Positions 44,932-54,473 are shown, counted from the stretch's first letter. The stretch is 63,674 nt of DNA from Elusimicrobiales bacterium (GCA_036171915.1 JAVHRY010000008.1:1-63674); one strand, 5' to 3'. Numbers and translations are program-made. Notes: generated by a model from the letters alone, not told the origin.

Positions 44932-46032
44932 TCACTTACCGGTGGTATACTCCATTATCTGTTTTAGACATACGGCGTGCATATCTTCTTTAGCGGAGTA
45001 AGCGCGGGTCCAATCGATAATTTTATCGATGGCGGTGCCTATGTGCCAGCGGGGCCGCCAGGCGAGTTCCCGGCGGGCTTTGGCGGAATCCAGCTTAAGG
45101 TAGTGGGCCTCGTGCGGATGGCGGCCTTTGTCTATTACGTAACCGGGGGCCTCGGGCCAGGCGGAGAACATGCGCTTAACTATCCATTTCACGTCTTTGG
45201 CGTCGCCGGCGTCCGGGCCGAAGTTCCAGGCCTGGCCGTACTTTGCGCCATGGGTGTAAAGCTTTTCCGCCAGCAGCAGATAGCCGCTGAGCGGTTCCAG
45301 CACGTGCTGCCAGGGGCGGATGGCGCGCGGGTTGCGGATAAGGACCTTTTTCCCCTTAAGGGCGGCGAGGATCAGGTCCGGGATAAGGCGGTCGGCCGCC
45401 CAGTCCCCGCCGCCTACGACATTCCCTGCACGCGCCGTAGCCAGGGCTACGCCGTGCTTTTTATAATCCGCGGGGTTAAAGAAAGAATTGCGGTAAGCGG
45501 AAGTTACCAGTTCCGAGCAGCCCTTGCTGGAAGAATAGGGATCGTAACCGCCCATAGGTTCGTCCTCGCGGAAGGCCCGGGCATGCTCTTTGTTCTCGTA
45601 GCATTTGTCCGTGGTAACATTCACCACGGCCTTTACCGAAGGGCAGGCCCGCACGGCCTCCAGCAGGTTCACCACGCCCATTACGTTGGTTGCGTAGGTG
45701 TCGGCCGGGTTGCGGTAGGATTCCCTCACCAGCGGCTGGGCGGCCATGTGTATTACTATCTGGGGCTTGGCGGCCAGTAAAACTTTTTTTAATTTGGCGG
45801 CGTCGCGTATGTCGCCGATATGGGATTTTATCCTTTTATCAAGGCGGCCCAGTTCGAAAAGGCTGGGCTTTGTCGGGGGCTTAAGGGCGTAGCCTGTAAC
45901 TTTAGCGCCGAGCGCGTCCAGCCAGATGGAAAGCCAGGCGCCTTTAAAGCCGGTGTGCCCGGTGAGGAAGACTCTTTTACCCTTCCAGGAATTTATTCCC
46001 ATATTTTCCAGGGAGCTTTGCCGGTCTGCCAC
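44932..46032 (-). CDS. rfbG: CDP-glucose 4,6-dehydratase
   Basis: 366 aa with WKGKRVFLTGHTGFKGAWLSIWL and YSSSKGCSE (YxxxK). The start may be the internal Met at 46002. Confidence 0.9.
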   Translation of the reverse strand: MADRQSSLENMGINSWKGKRVFLTGHTGFKGAWLSIWLDALGAKVTGYALKPPTKPSLFELGRLDKRIKSHIGDIRDAAKLKKVLLAAKPQIVIHMAAQPLVRESYRNPADTYATNVMGVVNLLEAVRACPSVKAVVNVTTDKCYENKEHARAFREDEPMGGYDPYSSSKGCSELVTSAYRNSFFNPADYKKHGVALATARAGNVVGGGDWAADRLIPDLILAALKGKKVLIRNPRAIRPWQHVLEPLSGYLLLAEKLYTHGAKYGQAWNFGPDAGDAKDVKWIVKRMFSAWPEAPGYVIDKGRHPHEAHYLKLDSAKARRELAWRPRWHIGTAIDKIIDWTRAYSAKEDMHAVCLKQIMEYTTGK

Positions 46033-46769
46033 AGGTTTTCAAGTTCGGTCTTGTCGCGCAGGGTGTCCATGCATTTCCAGAAGCCGGTGTGCTTATAAGC
46101 GGCAAGTTTGTCCCGGGCGGCTAATGCCTCCAGCGGGCCACGCTCCCAGATAGTGGAGTCGCCGTCTTTAATGTAATTAAAAATTCCAGGCTGAAGGACG
46201 AAGAACCCGCCGTTTATCCAGGCGCCGTCGCCCCGCGGCTTCTCCTTAAAAGACCGGATAGCGCCGCTGGCCTTCATTTCTATGGCGCCGAAGCGCCCCA
46301 GGTTCTGTACAGCCGTCATGGTAGCCAACCCCCCGCTCTTTCTATGAAAAGCGGCAAGCTTCTTAATGTCCACGTCGGCCACGCCGTCGCCGTAGGTAAG
46401 CATGAAAGGATTTTTACCGATATATTCCTGCACGCGCTTTATGCGGCCCCCGGTCATAGTATTAAGCCCGGTATCCACCAGGGTCACCTTCCAAGGTTCC
46501 GCTTTTTTATGGTGCACTTCCATCTTGTTGTTCTTCATGTCTATGGTAACGTCGGCCTGGTGCAGAAAGTAGTTAAAAAAATATTCCTTTATCAGGTAGC
46601 CCTTGTAGCCCAGGCAGATCACAAAATCTTTAAAGCCGTAATGCGAGTAGCCCTTCATGATGTGCCAGAGCAGGGGCCTTTCCCCTATCTCGGCCATGGG
46701 TTTGGGTTTCAGGTAGGTTTCTTCGCTAAGCCGCGTTCCCCTACCACCGGCAAGTATTACCACTTTCAT
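45993..46769 (-). CDS. rfbF: Glucose-1-phosphate cytidylyltransferase
   Basis: 258 aa with VVILAGGRGTRLSEET..KPKPMAEIGERPLLWHIMK. Confidence 0.92.
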   Translation of the reverse strand: MKVVILAGGRGTRLSEETYLKPKPMAEIGERPLLWHIMKGYSHYGFKDFVICLGYKGYLIKEYFFNYFLHQADVTIDMKNNKMEVHHKKAEPWKVTLVDTGLNTMTGGRIKRVQEYIGKNPFMLTYGDGVADVDIKKLAAFHRKSGGLATMTAVQNLGRFGAIEMKASGAIRSFKEKPRGDGAWINGGFFVLQPGIFNYIKDGDSTIWERGPLEALAARDKLAAYKHTGFWKCMDTLRDKTELENLWQTGKAPWKIWE

Positions 46770-46836
46770 ATTCGGGCTCCTTAGAAGCGCATAAAAATTG
46801 CCGCCGCGGGCAAAACCGCCGCCCCGGCCCGGCGCG

Positions 46837-46986
46837 CTAAATTTTATCAGCCGGCACGTTTACCGCGCGGCCGTTTTTCCAAATGGCAAGCGGGCGGCCG
46901 GTTTTTTTATGGTCAGCTACTACCTTGCGCACGGCCACCTTCATAGCCACTTCGGCCTTATCCTGCATTGACAGTCTTTTTTTCAT
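46837..46986 (-). CDS. 49-aa ORF translationally coupled to the zeta-like kinase (possible antitoxin or partner)
   Basis: Below the track cutoff and translated by hand: MKKRLSMQDKAEVAMKVAVRKVVADHKKTGRPLAIWKNGRAVNVPADKI. Its ATG overlaps the upstream TGA stop as ATGA. Confidence 0.5.
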   Translation of the reverse strand: MKKRLSMQDKAEVAMKVAVRKVVADHKKTGRPLAIWKNGRAVNVPADKI

Positions 46987-47561
46987 AGTTGTTTTTTACC
47001 GGTGATCCCGGAGTAAATTCCGTCATTTTCAATAATAACGCTGCCATTGGCGCCTTTAGCCGCCAGCACGGGGGTAACCCCCGAATTGTCAAAAAGCATC
47101 CAGCTGTGCGTAAAAGGCTGGTAGACGTTAAAGAAATTATCGATAGACCTGCCGAAGCGGCGCGTAACGTCCACGGCGGGGACATTGTGGCCGCCGTCGG
47201 CCACCCGGTTCTTTACGCGGAGCAGGGAAAGCTCGGAGCAGGGGACCCAGAGAAAAAAGATATGGACGCCATACCCCTCCTCCTCCAGCCTGCGGAACAG
47301 CCTTAAATGCGTCTTCCCCGACAAAGTAGTTTCAAAGCCGAAATCGGCCCCGCTTTTTGAAAATTCGTGGATGCGGCTAAGCACCAGCCTGCCGGCCTTT
47401 ATGGCGGCGGAGCGCGGGGCGAAAGGGGACAGGCCCTGGGCTATCAGGTCGGCGTTCACGAAGTTGGGGCATTTAGCGTAGTTAGGCAGGAACTCCCGGG
47501 CGAAGGTGGTTTTACCCGAGCCGTTAGGCCCCGCCACCACGTAAACGTTCTTGTTCGCCAT
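46983..47561 (-). CDS. Zeta-toxin-family P-loop kinase
   Basis: 192 aa with Walker A VVAGPNGSGKTT, FVNADLI and FETTLSG, and a size and layout like zeta/PezT-type nucleotide-sugar kinases. Its ATG overlaps the manC stop (TAATG). Confidence 0.7.
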   Translation of the reverse strand: MANKNVYVVAGPNGSGKTTFAREFLPNYAKCPNFVNADLIAQGLSPFAPRSAAIKAGRLVLSRIHEFSKSGADFGFETTLSGKTHLRLFRRLEEEGYGVHIFFLWVPCSELSLLRVKNRVADGGHNVPAVDVTRRFGRSIDNFFNVYQPFTHSWMLFDNSGVTPVLAAKGANGSVIIENDGIYSGITGKKQL

Positions 47562-48970
47562 TATTTATTCTTCCGGCCGTAGATGTCGGTAAAGCGCACG
47601 ATGTCGTCTTCGCCCACGTATTCTCCGTTCTGCACTTCTATCATTTCAAGCGCCACCTTGCCGGGGTTTTCAAGGCGGTGGCCCATGGATTTGGGCACAT
47701 AGGTACTTTCGTTCTCGTGTACCAGGGAGGTGGTTTTGCCGATAGTCACCCTGGCCGCGCCTTTTATTATTATCCAGTGCTCGCTGCGGTGGTAATGCAG
47801 TTGGTGGCTTAGTTTCTGGCCGGGCTTTACCACGATGCGCTTTATTTTATAGCGGGAGCCCTCCTCCAGCACGGTGTAGCTGCCCCAGGGGCGGTAGGTG
47901 GTCAGGTGCTCCACCACCTCTTTGCGCTTGCGCTCCTTCAGCAGGTCCACAATTTCTTTAACGCGCTGCGCCTGGCCGCGCCGAACTACCAGCAGGGCGT
48001 CGGCGGTGTCTATAATTATCAGGTCTTTAAGCCCGATAGCGGAGATAAGGCGTTTTTCGCCCAGCATTATGGTGTTTTTTGTGTCCAGGGCAAGGATATC
48101 GCCCACTTTAACGTTGCCTTCGGAGTCCGGCTTTATAACTTCGGGCAGGGAATCCCAGGAGCCCACGTCGCTCCAAAGTATATCTATGGGCAGCACCGCG
48201 GCATTTTTGGATTTTTCCATTACCGCGTAGTCGATGGAAATGGACGGCATGTTCTTAAAATCCGCCGTCATCCTGGCCAGCGTCTGCGGCATTTTGCGGC
48301 TTATCCCGGGGGCGTGGGCTTTAAATTCGGCCAGCATCGCGGCTATAGTGAAAGAGAACATGCCGGAGTTCCAGTAATACCTGCCGTCGGCCACATATTT
48401 TTGCGCCGTCTTCAGGTCCGGTTTCTCGGCGAATTTAGCCACCGCGTAAACGCCGCCGGTTCCCATTGTGCTTTTCAACGCGCCGCCGCGCTTTATATAC
48501 CCGTAACCGGTTTCCGGGCGGGCGGGCTTTATGCCGAAGGTAACTATATTGCCGGCTTTGGCGGCGGCCTCGGCCTGGCGGGCGTATTTCGCGAACTTTT
48601 CCACCGGCTGCAGGATATGGTCCGAGGGGCAGATAAGAATAACCTCGTCTTTGCGGCACTTTAATTTTTCCCGGCAGTATTTGATAACCAGCGCTATGGC
48701 GGGGGCGGTATTGCGGCCTACCGGCTCAAGGATTATATTGTCTTCTATCCTGCAGGAAACGGAGCGCAGGTCTTCCTGCACATGGAAGCGGTAATCCTCG
48801 TTGGTTATGACAAAAATATCCTTAAGCGGCAGCACCGCGGCCAGGCGTTCCACCGTTTGGGCTAGCAGGGACTTGCCGCCGTTTAGCTTTATGAACTGTT
48901 TGGGCAGGCCGTAGCGGGAAACGGGCCACAGCCGCGTCCCGGAACCGCCCGCTAAAATTACAGCTTTCAT
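47561..48970 (-). CDS. manC: Mannose-1-phosphate guanylyltransferase / mannose-6-phosphate isomerase (type II PMI)
   Basis: 469 aa with ILAGGSGTRLWPVSR and a C-terminal cupin with GQKLSHQLHYHRSEHWIII. Confidence 0.92.
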   Translation of the reverse strand: MKAVILAGGSGTRLWPVSRYGLPKQFIKLNGGKSLLAQTVERLAAVLPLKDIFVITNEDYRFHVQEDLRSVSCRIEDNIILEPVGRNTAPAIALVIKYCREKLKCRKDEVILICPSDHILQPVEKFAKYARQAEAAAKAGNIVTFGIKPARPETGYGYIKRGGALKSTMGTGGVYAVAKFAEKPDLKTAQKYVADGRYYWNSGMFSFTIAAMLAEFKAHAPGISRKMPQTLARMTADFKNMPSISIDYAVMEKSKNAAVLPIDILWSDVGSWDSLPEVIKPDSEGNVKVGDILALDTKNTIMLGEKRLISAIGLKDLIIIDTADALLVVRRGQAQRVKEIVDLLKERKRKEVVEHLTTYRPWGSYTVLEEGSRYKIKRIVVKPGQKLSHQLHYHRSEHWIIIKGAARVTIGKTTSLVHENESTYVPKSMGHRLENPGKVALEMIEVQNGEYVGEDDIVRFTDIYGRKNK

Positions 48971-49986
48971 TTTTTCACCTCAAGGCGTTTCAGGTCCGCT
49001 TCCACCATCAGTGCTACCAGGTCCTTGAATTTTGTTTTGGGCTCCCAGCCAAGTTTGGCTTTGGCTTTGGCGGCGTCGCCTACCAGCAGGTCCACTTCTA
49101 CCGGACGGTAGAATTCTTTAGAGACTTCCACCAGGGTTCTTCCGGTGGCCTTGTCTACGCCCGTTTCCGCCAGGCCCTTGCCCTGCCAGGCCAGGTTAAA
49201 ACCAGCTGCGGAAAAAGCCGTCCCTATAAATTCGCGCACGGTATGGGTTTCTCCCGTGGCCAGTATATAGTCGTCGGCCACGGGCTGCTGCAGCATCAGC
49301 CATATACCTTCCACGTATTCCGCGGCATAGCCCCAGTCCCGGCGCGCTTCCAGGTCGCCTACCTGCACTTTCTCCTGCAGGCCTTTTTTAATGCGCGCGG
49401 CGGCCAGCGCAATTTTCCGGGTTATAAATTCCTCTCCCCTTAAGGGACTTTCGTGGTTGAACATTATGCCGCAGCTGGCGTGCAGGCCGTAGGCCTCGCG
49501 GTAGTTTACGGTTATCCAATGGGCGTAAAGTTTTGAAACCCCGTAAGGGCTTTTGGGATGGAAAGGGTTGGTTTCGTTCTGCTGCGCGGAGCCGGTGCTG
49601 CCGAAAAGCTCGGTGGTAGAAGCCTGGTAGAACCTGGCGGCGGGGCGCACCTTGCGTACGGCCTCCAGCAGGCGGGTAACGCCCACGGCGTTTATTTCGG
49701 CGGTAAGTATGGGCTGGTCAAAGGACAGCTGCACAAAACTTTGCGCGGCGAAATTATAGATCTCGTCCGGCTGTACTTTTTCCAGCACGTCCATTATATT
49801 GGTAAGTTCCAGGATGTCCAGGTAGATATCTTTTACGCGGGTTTCCAAGCCCAGTTCCCGCAGGCGCCAAAGGCCGGAGTCCCCGCTGCGGTCGGCGCCG
49901 TACACTTCGTAGCCCTTGGCCAGCAGCAGCCGGCTTAAGTAGGCCCCGTCCTGCCCGCGGTTGCCGGTGATCAAAGCTTTTTTCAT
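48967..49986 (-). CDS. gmd: GDP-mannose 4,6-dehydratase, short-form paralogue
   Basis: 339 aa, closely resembling short-form GMDs such as the Pseudomonas aeruginosa enzyme ([47 protein letters not shown]). The N-terminal reads ITGNRGQDG. Confidence 0.8.
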   Translation of the reverse strand: MKKALITGNRGQDGAYLSRLLLAKGYEVYGADRSGDSGLWRLRELGLETRVKDIYLDILELTNIMDVLEKVQPDEIYNFAAQSFVQLSFDQPILTAEINAVGVTRLLEAVRKVRPAARFYQASTTELFGSTGSAQQNETNPFHPKSPYGVSKLYAHWITVNYREAYGLHASCGIMFNHESPLRGEEFITRKIALAAARIKKGLQEKVQVGDLEARRDWGYAAEYVEGIWLMLQQPVADDYILATGETHTVREFIGTAFSAAGFNLAWQGKGLAETGVDKATGRTLVEVSKEFYRPVEVDLLVGDAAKAKAKLGWEPKTKFKDLVALMVEADLKRLEVKK

Positions 49987-51114
49987 TTAGCAGTTCTTAA
50001 GGCCGGCATAGCCGCTTTTTTTTATCAGCTGCTCGCTGAGGGCCAGCCTAAGGTCGCCGGCGGCCATCTCGGAAACAAGCTGCGCAAAAGAGATCTCCGG
50101 CTTCCAGCCCAGCACCCGGCGGCTCTTTGCGGGGTTGCCCAGCAGGGTTTCCACCTCGGCCGGGCGGTAGAATTCGGGCGCTACGCGCACTATTACGTCG
50201 CCTTTTTTTAGTTTAACGCGGTCGGCAAGGCCGGACAGAGGCTTTATGGCTTTAACATAGCCTGTTTCCTTAAGGCCTTTCCCCCGCCAGGCTACGGTTA
50301 CGCCCAGTTCGGCGGCCGCAAGCTCCACGAATTTGCGCACGGCATACTGGCGGCCGGTGGCTATTACAAAATCCTCGGCCTTTTTCTGCTGGAGGATAAG
50401 CCACATGGCGCGCACATAATCTTTGGCGTGGCCCCAGTCGCGCAGCGAGTTGAGATTGCCCAGATAAAGGCAGTTCTGCGCGCCCAGCAGTATGCGGCCC
50501 AGGGCGCGGGTTATTTTGCGCGTGACGAACTCAGCGCCGCGGCGGGGACTTTCGTGGTTAAAAAGGATGCCGTTGGAGGCGAAGATATTGTAAGACTCGC
50601 GGTAGTTTACGGTTATCCAGTAGGCGTACATCTTTGCCGCGCCGTAGGGGCTTCGCGGGTAGAAAGGGGTGGTTTCGCTCTGCGGTATCTCGACCACCTT
50701 GCCAAACAGCTCCGAGGTGGAAGCCTGGTAAATACGGGCTTTTTTCTCCAGACCTAGCAGGCGCACGGCTTCCAGCAGACGCATGGTGCCGAGGCCGTCG
50801 CAGTCGGCGGTGTATTCCGGCTCTTCAAAGCTTACGGCCACGTGACTCTGGGCGGCCAGGTTGTAGATCTCCAGCGGTTTTATTTCGGCTACCAGGCGGG
50901 TAAGGTTGGTGGAGTCCGTCATATCGCCGTAATGCAGTTTAAGGCGGGGCTCCTTTAAAAGGTGGCTGATGCGCGCGGTATTAACGGAAGCGGAGCGGCG
51001 GCGCAGGCCGTGCACTTCGTAGCCCTTGGCAAGGAGCAATTCGGAAAGATACGAACCGTCCTGCCCGGTTATTCCGGTTATTAAAGCTTTTTTCATAATA
51101 CCCCTGGCCGACAT
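49987..51114 (-). CDS. gmd: GDP-mannose 4,6-dehydratase, long-form
   Basis: 375 aa with [46 protein letters not shown] and NHESPRRG. The probable start is the MKKALITG Met. Confidence 0.92.
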   Translation of the reverse strand: MSARGIMKKALITGITGQDGSYLSELLLAKGYEVHGLRRRSASVNTARISHLLKEPRLKLHYGDMTDSTNLTRLVAEIKPLEIYNLAAQSHVAVSFEEPEYTADCDGLGTMRLLEAVRLLGLEKKARIYQASTSELFGKVVEIPQSETTPFYPRSPYGAAKMYAYWITVNYRESYNIFASNGILFNHESPRRGAEFVTRKITRALGRILLGAQNCLYLGNLNSLRDWGHAKDYVRAMWLILQQKKAEDFVIATGRQYAVRKFVELAAAELGVTVAWRGKGLKETGYVKAIKPLSGLADRVKLKKGDVIVRVAPEFYRPAEVETLLGNPAKSRRVLGWKPEISFAQLVSEMAAGDLRLALSEQLIKKSGYAGLKNC

Positions 51115-51177
51115 CGGGATAAACGAACCCTTATAATATAGATATTATAGCAAAGGAAAAAGAGGTTGGGGAATGAA

Positions 51178-51211
51178 GCTCAGCCTCGGGAGATTGAGGC
51201 TGAGCCTCTTA
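51178..51211. repeat. Degenerate REP-like inverted doublet
   Basis: GCTCAGCCTC (51178-87) is the reverse complement of GAGGCTGAGC (51196-205). ATTGAGGCTGAGCCTCTTA resembles the REP core ATTGAGGTTGAGCCTCAATA. Confidence 0.45.
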
Positions 51212-51267
51212 GACCATAGAGAAGGATAAAACGGCAGGGATAGGGCTGCCGGGGACCTGTTACTTCT

Positions 51268-52068
51268 TTATAATTTCATGCGCATGCCGTCTTTGGCGGC
51301 GGTGGTTTTGGGGAAGGTTTTGCGGGCCAGGGCCGCGCCGGCGGCGCGGGCGGCCATGCCGGGGTAGCGGTCGGCGGAGAAGTGCGTCATAACCAGGCGT
51401 TTGGCGCCGGACTCCGCGGCCAGGCGGGCGGAGGTTTCCGGGTTGAAATGCGGCCAGCCGGGGTTGGTCTCGCCGGGGCGGTGGGAGCATTCGGTTATAA
51501 GCAGGTCCGCGTTTTTAGCCAGGGTTATGGCGTTGCGGCAGAAGCCGGTGTCGGTGCAGTAGGTTATAATCTTTCCGTCCAGCTCCAGGCGGAAGCCCAG
51601 CACGGGGTCCGCGTGCTCCAGCGGCAGGGTGGCAACCTTGAACGGCAGCCTGGCTGTTTCCGCCGGCAGCTCCAGCACCTTTACCGGGTAAGGCAGTTTG
51701 TTCAGCGGCACGGTGAAGGGCTTGTTTACGAAAGTCTTAAGGGTGCGGCGCGCGCCGGCGCCGGCGGCTATGGTTACGTGTTTGAAGCGCTTGAACTTCA
51801 CCAGGATATGCAGGCCGGCTATGTGGTCTATGTGGAAATGGCTGAGCAAAATGAACACGGGCTTTGCCCCGTCGCAATACTGGTCCAGCTTGTGAATGCC
51901 GTTGCCGGCGTCGAGCACAATGTCGTACTTGCTGGTTTTTATCAGCGTGCAGATAGCGCTGCCGGTGGCGTGCGTGTCGAACCAGCCGTTGGTGCCGAGG
52001 AAAATCACCTCTGGTAGTTTTTGCTTATCCATTTGCGGTAGGCTCCGGTCTTTACGTTCTTTACCCAT
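51268..52068 (-). CDS. MBL-fold metallo-hydrolase
   Basis: 266 aa with [13 protein letters not shown] (HxHxDH). The likely start is the internal Met near 52032. Confidence 0.75.
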   Translation of the reverse strand: MGKERKDRSLPQMDKQKLPEVIFLGTNGWFDTHATGSAICTLIKTSKYDIVLDAGNGIHKLDQYCDGAKPVFILLSHFHIDHIAGLHILVKFKRFKHVTIAAGAGARRTLKTFVNKPFTVPLNKLPYPVKVLELPAETARLPFKVATLPLEHADPVLGFRLELDGKIITYCTDTGFCRNAITLAKNADLLITECSHRPGETNPGWPHFNPETSARLAAESGAKRLVMTHFSADRYPGMAARAAGAALARKTFPKTTAAKDGMRMKL

Positions 52069-53084
52069 TCGGGGTTGGCCAGGTACCAGTCCACGGTAAG
52101 GCCCAGGCCCTGGGCGAAGCGCACGGTGGGCTGCCAGCCGAGTTCCTTCTTTATCTTCGAGAAATCAATGGCGTAGCGGCGGTCGTGGCCGGCGCGGTCC
52201 TTAACGTAGGTGATCAGGTCCGTGTATTTTTTCCCGGCGAGGGCCTTGTTGAAGCGCGCGGGGATGGCGCGGTCGAGCGCCTTGCAGATGCCCGTTACCA
52301 CGGCGATGTTCTGCATCTCGCAGTTGCCGCCCACGTTGTAGGTTTCCCCCTCCCGGCCCTTGTTCATTATGCGCCAGATGGCGGCGCAGTGGTCCTCAAC
52401 GTACAGCCAGTCGCGCACCTGCAGCCCGTCGCCATACACGGGCAGGGGCTTGCCTTCGAGCGCGTTCAGGATGGCGAGAGGGATAAGTTTTTCCGGGAAG
52501 TGGTAAGGGCCGTAATTATTGGAGCAGTTGGAGATGGTAACGGGTAGGCCGTAAGTGTGGTGGTAGGCGCGCACCAGGTGGTCCGAAGAGGCCTTGGACG
52601 CCGAGTAGGGGCTGCGGGGATCGTAGGGGGTGGTCTCTTTGAACTTGCCGGTCCTGCCCAGGGCGCCGTAAACCTCGTCGGTGCTTACGTGGTGGAAGCG
52701 CACGTCCTTGCGGCCGGCCCAGGCCGTGCGCGCGGCCTCCAGCAGGCTGAACGTACCGTTGATGTTGGTCTCTATAAAATCCCTGGGGCCGAAGATGGAG
52801 CGGTCCACGTGGGACTCGGCGGCGAAATGCGCCACGGCGTTGATGTTGTGCTTCTTCATAAGCGCCAGCACGGCGGGGTAATGGCAGACGTCGCCTTTCA
52901 CGAAAACGTAGCGGCCTTTATATTTCTTCTGGATGTCGGCCAGGTTCTCAGGGTTGCCGGCGTAGGTGAGCTTGTCCAGGTTCACTATTTTCCCTTTAAA
53001 GCCGGTATGTTCGAAAACAAAATGTATAAAATTGGAGCCGATAAACCCGGCCCCGCCGGTAACAAGGATGGTCTCTTTTTTCAT
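52005..53084 (-). CDS. rfbB: dTDP-glucose 4,6-dehydratase
   Basis: 359 aa with [25 protein letters not shown] and [11 protein letters not shown]. Confidence 0.93.
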   Translation of the reverse strand: MKKETILVTGGAGFIGSNFIHFVFEHTGFKGKIVNLDKLTYAGNPENLADIQKKYKGRYVFVKGDVCHYPAVLALMKKHNINAVAHFAAESHVDRSIFGPRDFIETNINGTFSLLEAARTAWAGRKDVRFHHVSTDEVYGALGRTGKFKETTPYDPRSPYSASKASSDHLVRAYHHTYGLPVTISNCSNNYGPYHFPEKLIPLAILNALEGKPLPVYGDGLQVRDWLYVEDHCAAIWRIMNKGREGETYNVGGNCEMQNIAVVTGICKALDRAIPARFNKALAGKKYTDLITYVKDRAGHDRRYAIDFSKIKKELGWQPTVRFAQGLGLTVDWYLANPEWVKNVKTGAYRKWISKNYQR

Positions 53085-53920
53085 TTATTTTCCCCGATAA
53101 ATTTCCGCACCGACTCTTCCCACGACGGTATTTTAATTCCCAGCTCGTTAGAAATTGCCTGGTTGCTCATGGCGGAAAAACCCGGCCGGCGGGCGGCAAG
53201 CTTGAAATCCGCCATGCGCGCCGGCTCTATCTCTTTTTGTATGCCGAATTCGCCAAGCGCGAACCTGGCCCAGTCCAAGCGCGAACAAAAGCCGCCGCTG
53301 GTCAGGTGCCAGGTGCCGGTGAGGCCGCGGTTTAAAGCTTCCATGGCGGCCGTTACCACGTCGTCGGTACAGGTAGGGACTGAGATCTCGTCGGCGCTTA
53401 CGCGCAGCGCCCCGGGTTTGGCCGCCCAGCCTTTGAGCTTATTCATGAAGTTCTGCCCGCCCCTGCCGTAAAGCCAGCTCAAGCGCAGCACCAGGCTGTC
53501 CGGCACTTCCCGGGCGTAGGTTTCGCCTTTTAGCTTGGACTGGCCGTAAATATTCAGCGGGTTGGGTTTGTCGGCCTCGGTATAAGGGGCCCCCTTGGCG
53601 CCGTCAAAAACATAATCCGTGCTGAAGTGCACAAAAAAAGATTCAAGGCGGCGCAGCGCCAGCGCCAGGTTGCGCGGGCCGTAGGCGTTTACCGCGTAGG
53701 CTTTGGCGCTGTCCGTTTCGGCCTTGTCCACCAGGTTATAGGCCGCGCAGTTTATTATCAACCCCGGGTGGTAGGGCATCACCGCGTCCATCACGGCGTC
53801 CGCGTCGGTTATATCCAGCGTGTCCAGGTCCGCGGCGGCGTAATCCCAGCCGTTCTTTTCAAAATATGCCGCGAAAGCGGCGCCGAGCTGGCCTTTTGAG
53901 CCTACAATAAGCGCGCGCAT
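53081..53920 (-). CDS. rfbD: dTDP-4-dehydrorhamnose reductase
   Basis: 279 aa with [22 protein letters not shown] and YGQSKLKGE. Confidence 0.9.
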   Translation of the reverse strand: MRALIVGSKGQLGAAFAAYFEKNGWDYAAADLDTLDITDADAVMDAVMPYHPGLIINCAAYNLVDKAETDSAKAYAVNAYGPRNLALALRRLESFFVHFSTDYVFDGAKGAPYTEADKPNPLNIYGQSKLKGETYAREVPDSLVLRLSWLYGRGGQNFMNKLKGWAAKPGALRVSADEISVPTCTDDVVTAAMEALNRGLTGTWHLTSGGFCSRLDWARFALGEFGIQKEIEPARMADFKLAARRPGFSAMSNQAISNELGIKIPSWEESVRKFIGENK

Positions 53921-54462
53921 TAAAGTTTTGCGTCCTTAAGGCGCGGGTGCAGGCTGTCTTTGGCGGAAAGCACCGGGTCGTCTATTCCCCACTCCACTCC
54001 GATGTCGGGGTCGTTCCAGATAATTCCGGCGTCGGCGCCGGGGTTATATTCACAGGTGCACTTGTACATTATTTCGGCCGTCCCGCTGAGCACAATAAAG
54101 CCGTGCGCGAAGCCCGCAGGGAGATAGAGCATCTGGGCGTTGATGTTGCTCAGTTCAACCGCCGCCCAGCGGCCGAACGTGGCCGAGCCCCTGCGTATGT
54201 CCACGGCCACGTCCAGGATGGCGCCCGCCGTGCAGCGCACCAGTTTTCCCTGGGCGTACGGCGCGCGCTGGTAATGCAGGCCGCGCAGCACGCCTTTACC
54301 GGACCTGGAATGGTTGTCCTGCACAAAGTTCTCTTTAATGCCGGCGGCGGCAAATTCGCTTTTTTTATAACTCTCAACGAAGAAGCCGCGCGCGTCGGGG
54401 AAGACGCGCGGGCTCACCAGCACCAGGCCGGCCGGTTCCATATTTTTAAATTCAAATGACAT
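53920..54462 (-). CDS. rfbC: dTDP-4-dehydrorhamnose 3,5-epimerase
   Basis: 180 aa with DARGFF.ESY, LRGLHYQ, GKLVRC and YKCTCEY. All RmlC catalytic positions (His, Lys, Tyr) are present. Confidence 0.92.
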   Translation of the reverse strand: MSFEFKNMEPAGLVLVSPRVFPDARGFFVESYKKSEFAAAGIKENFVQDNHSRSGKGVLRGLHYQRAPYAQGKLVRCTAGAILDVAVDIRRGSATFGRWAAVELSNINAQMLYLPAGFAHGFIVLSGTAEIMYKCTCEYNPGADAGIIWNDPDIGVEWGIDDPVLSAKDSLHPRLKDAKL

Positions 54463-54473
54463 AAATTCTTTTC

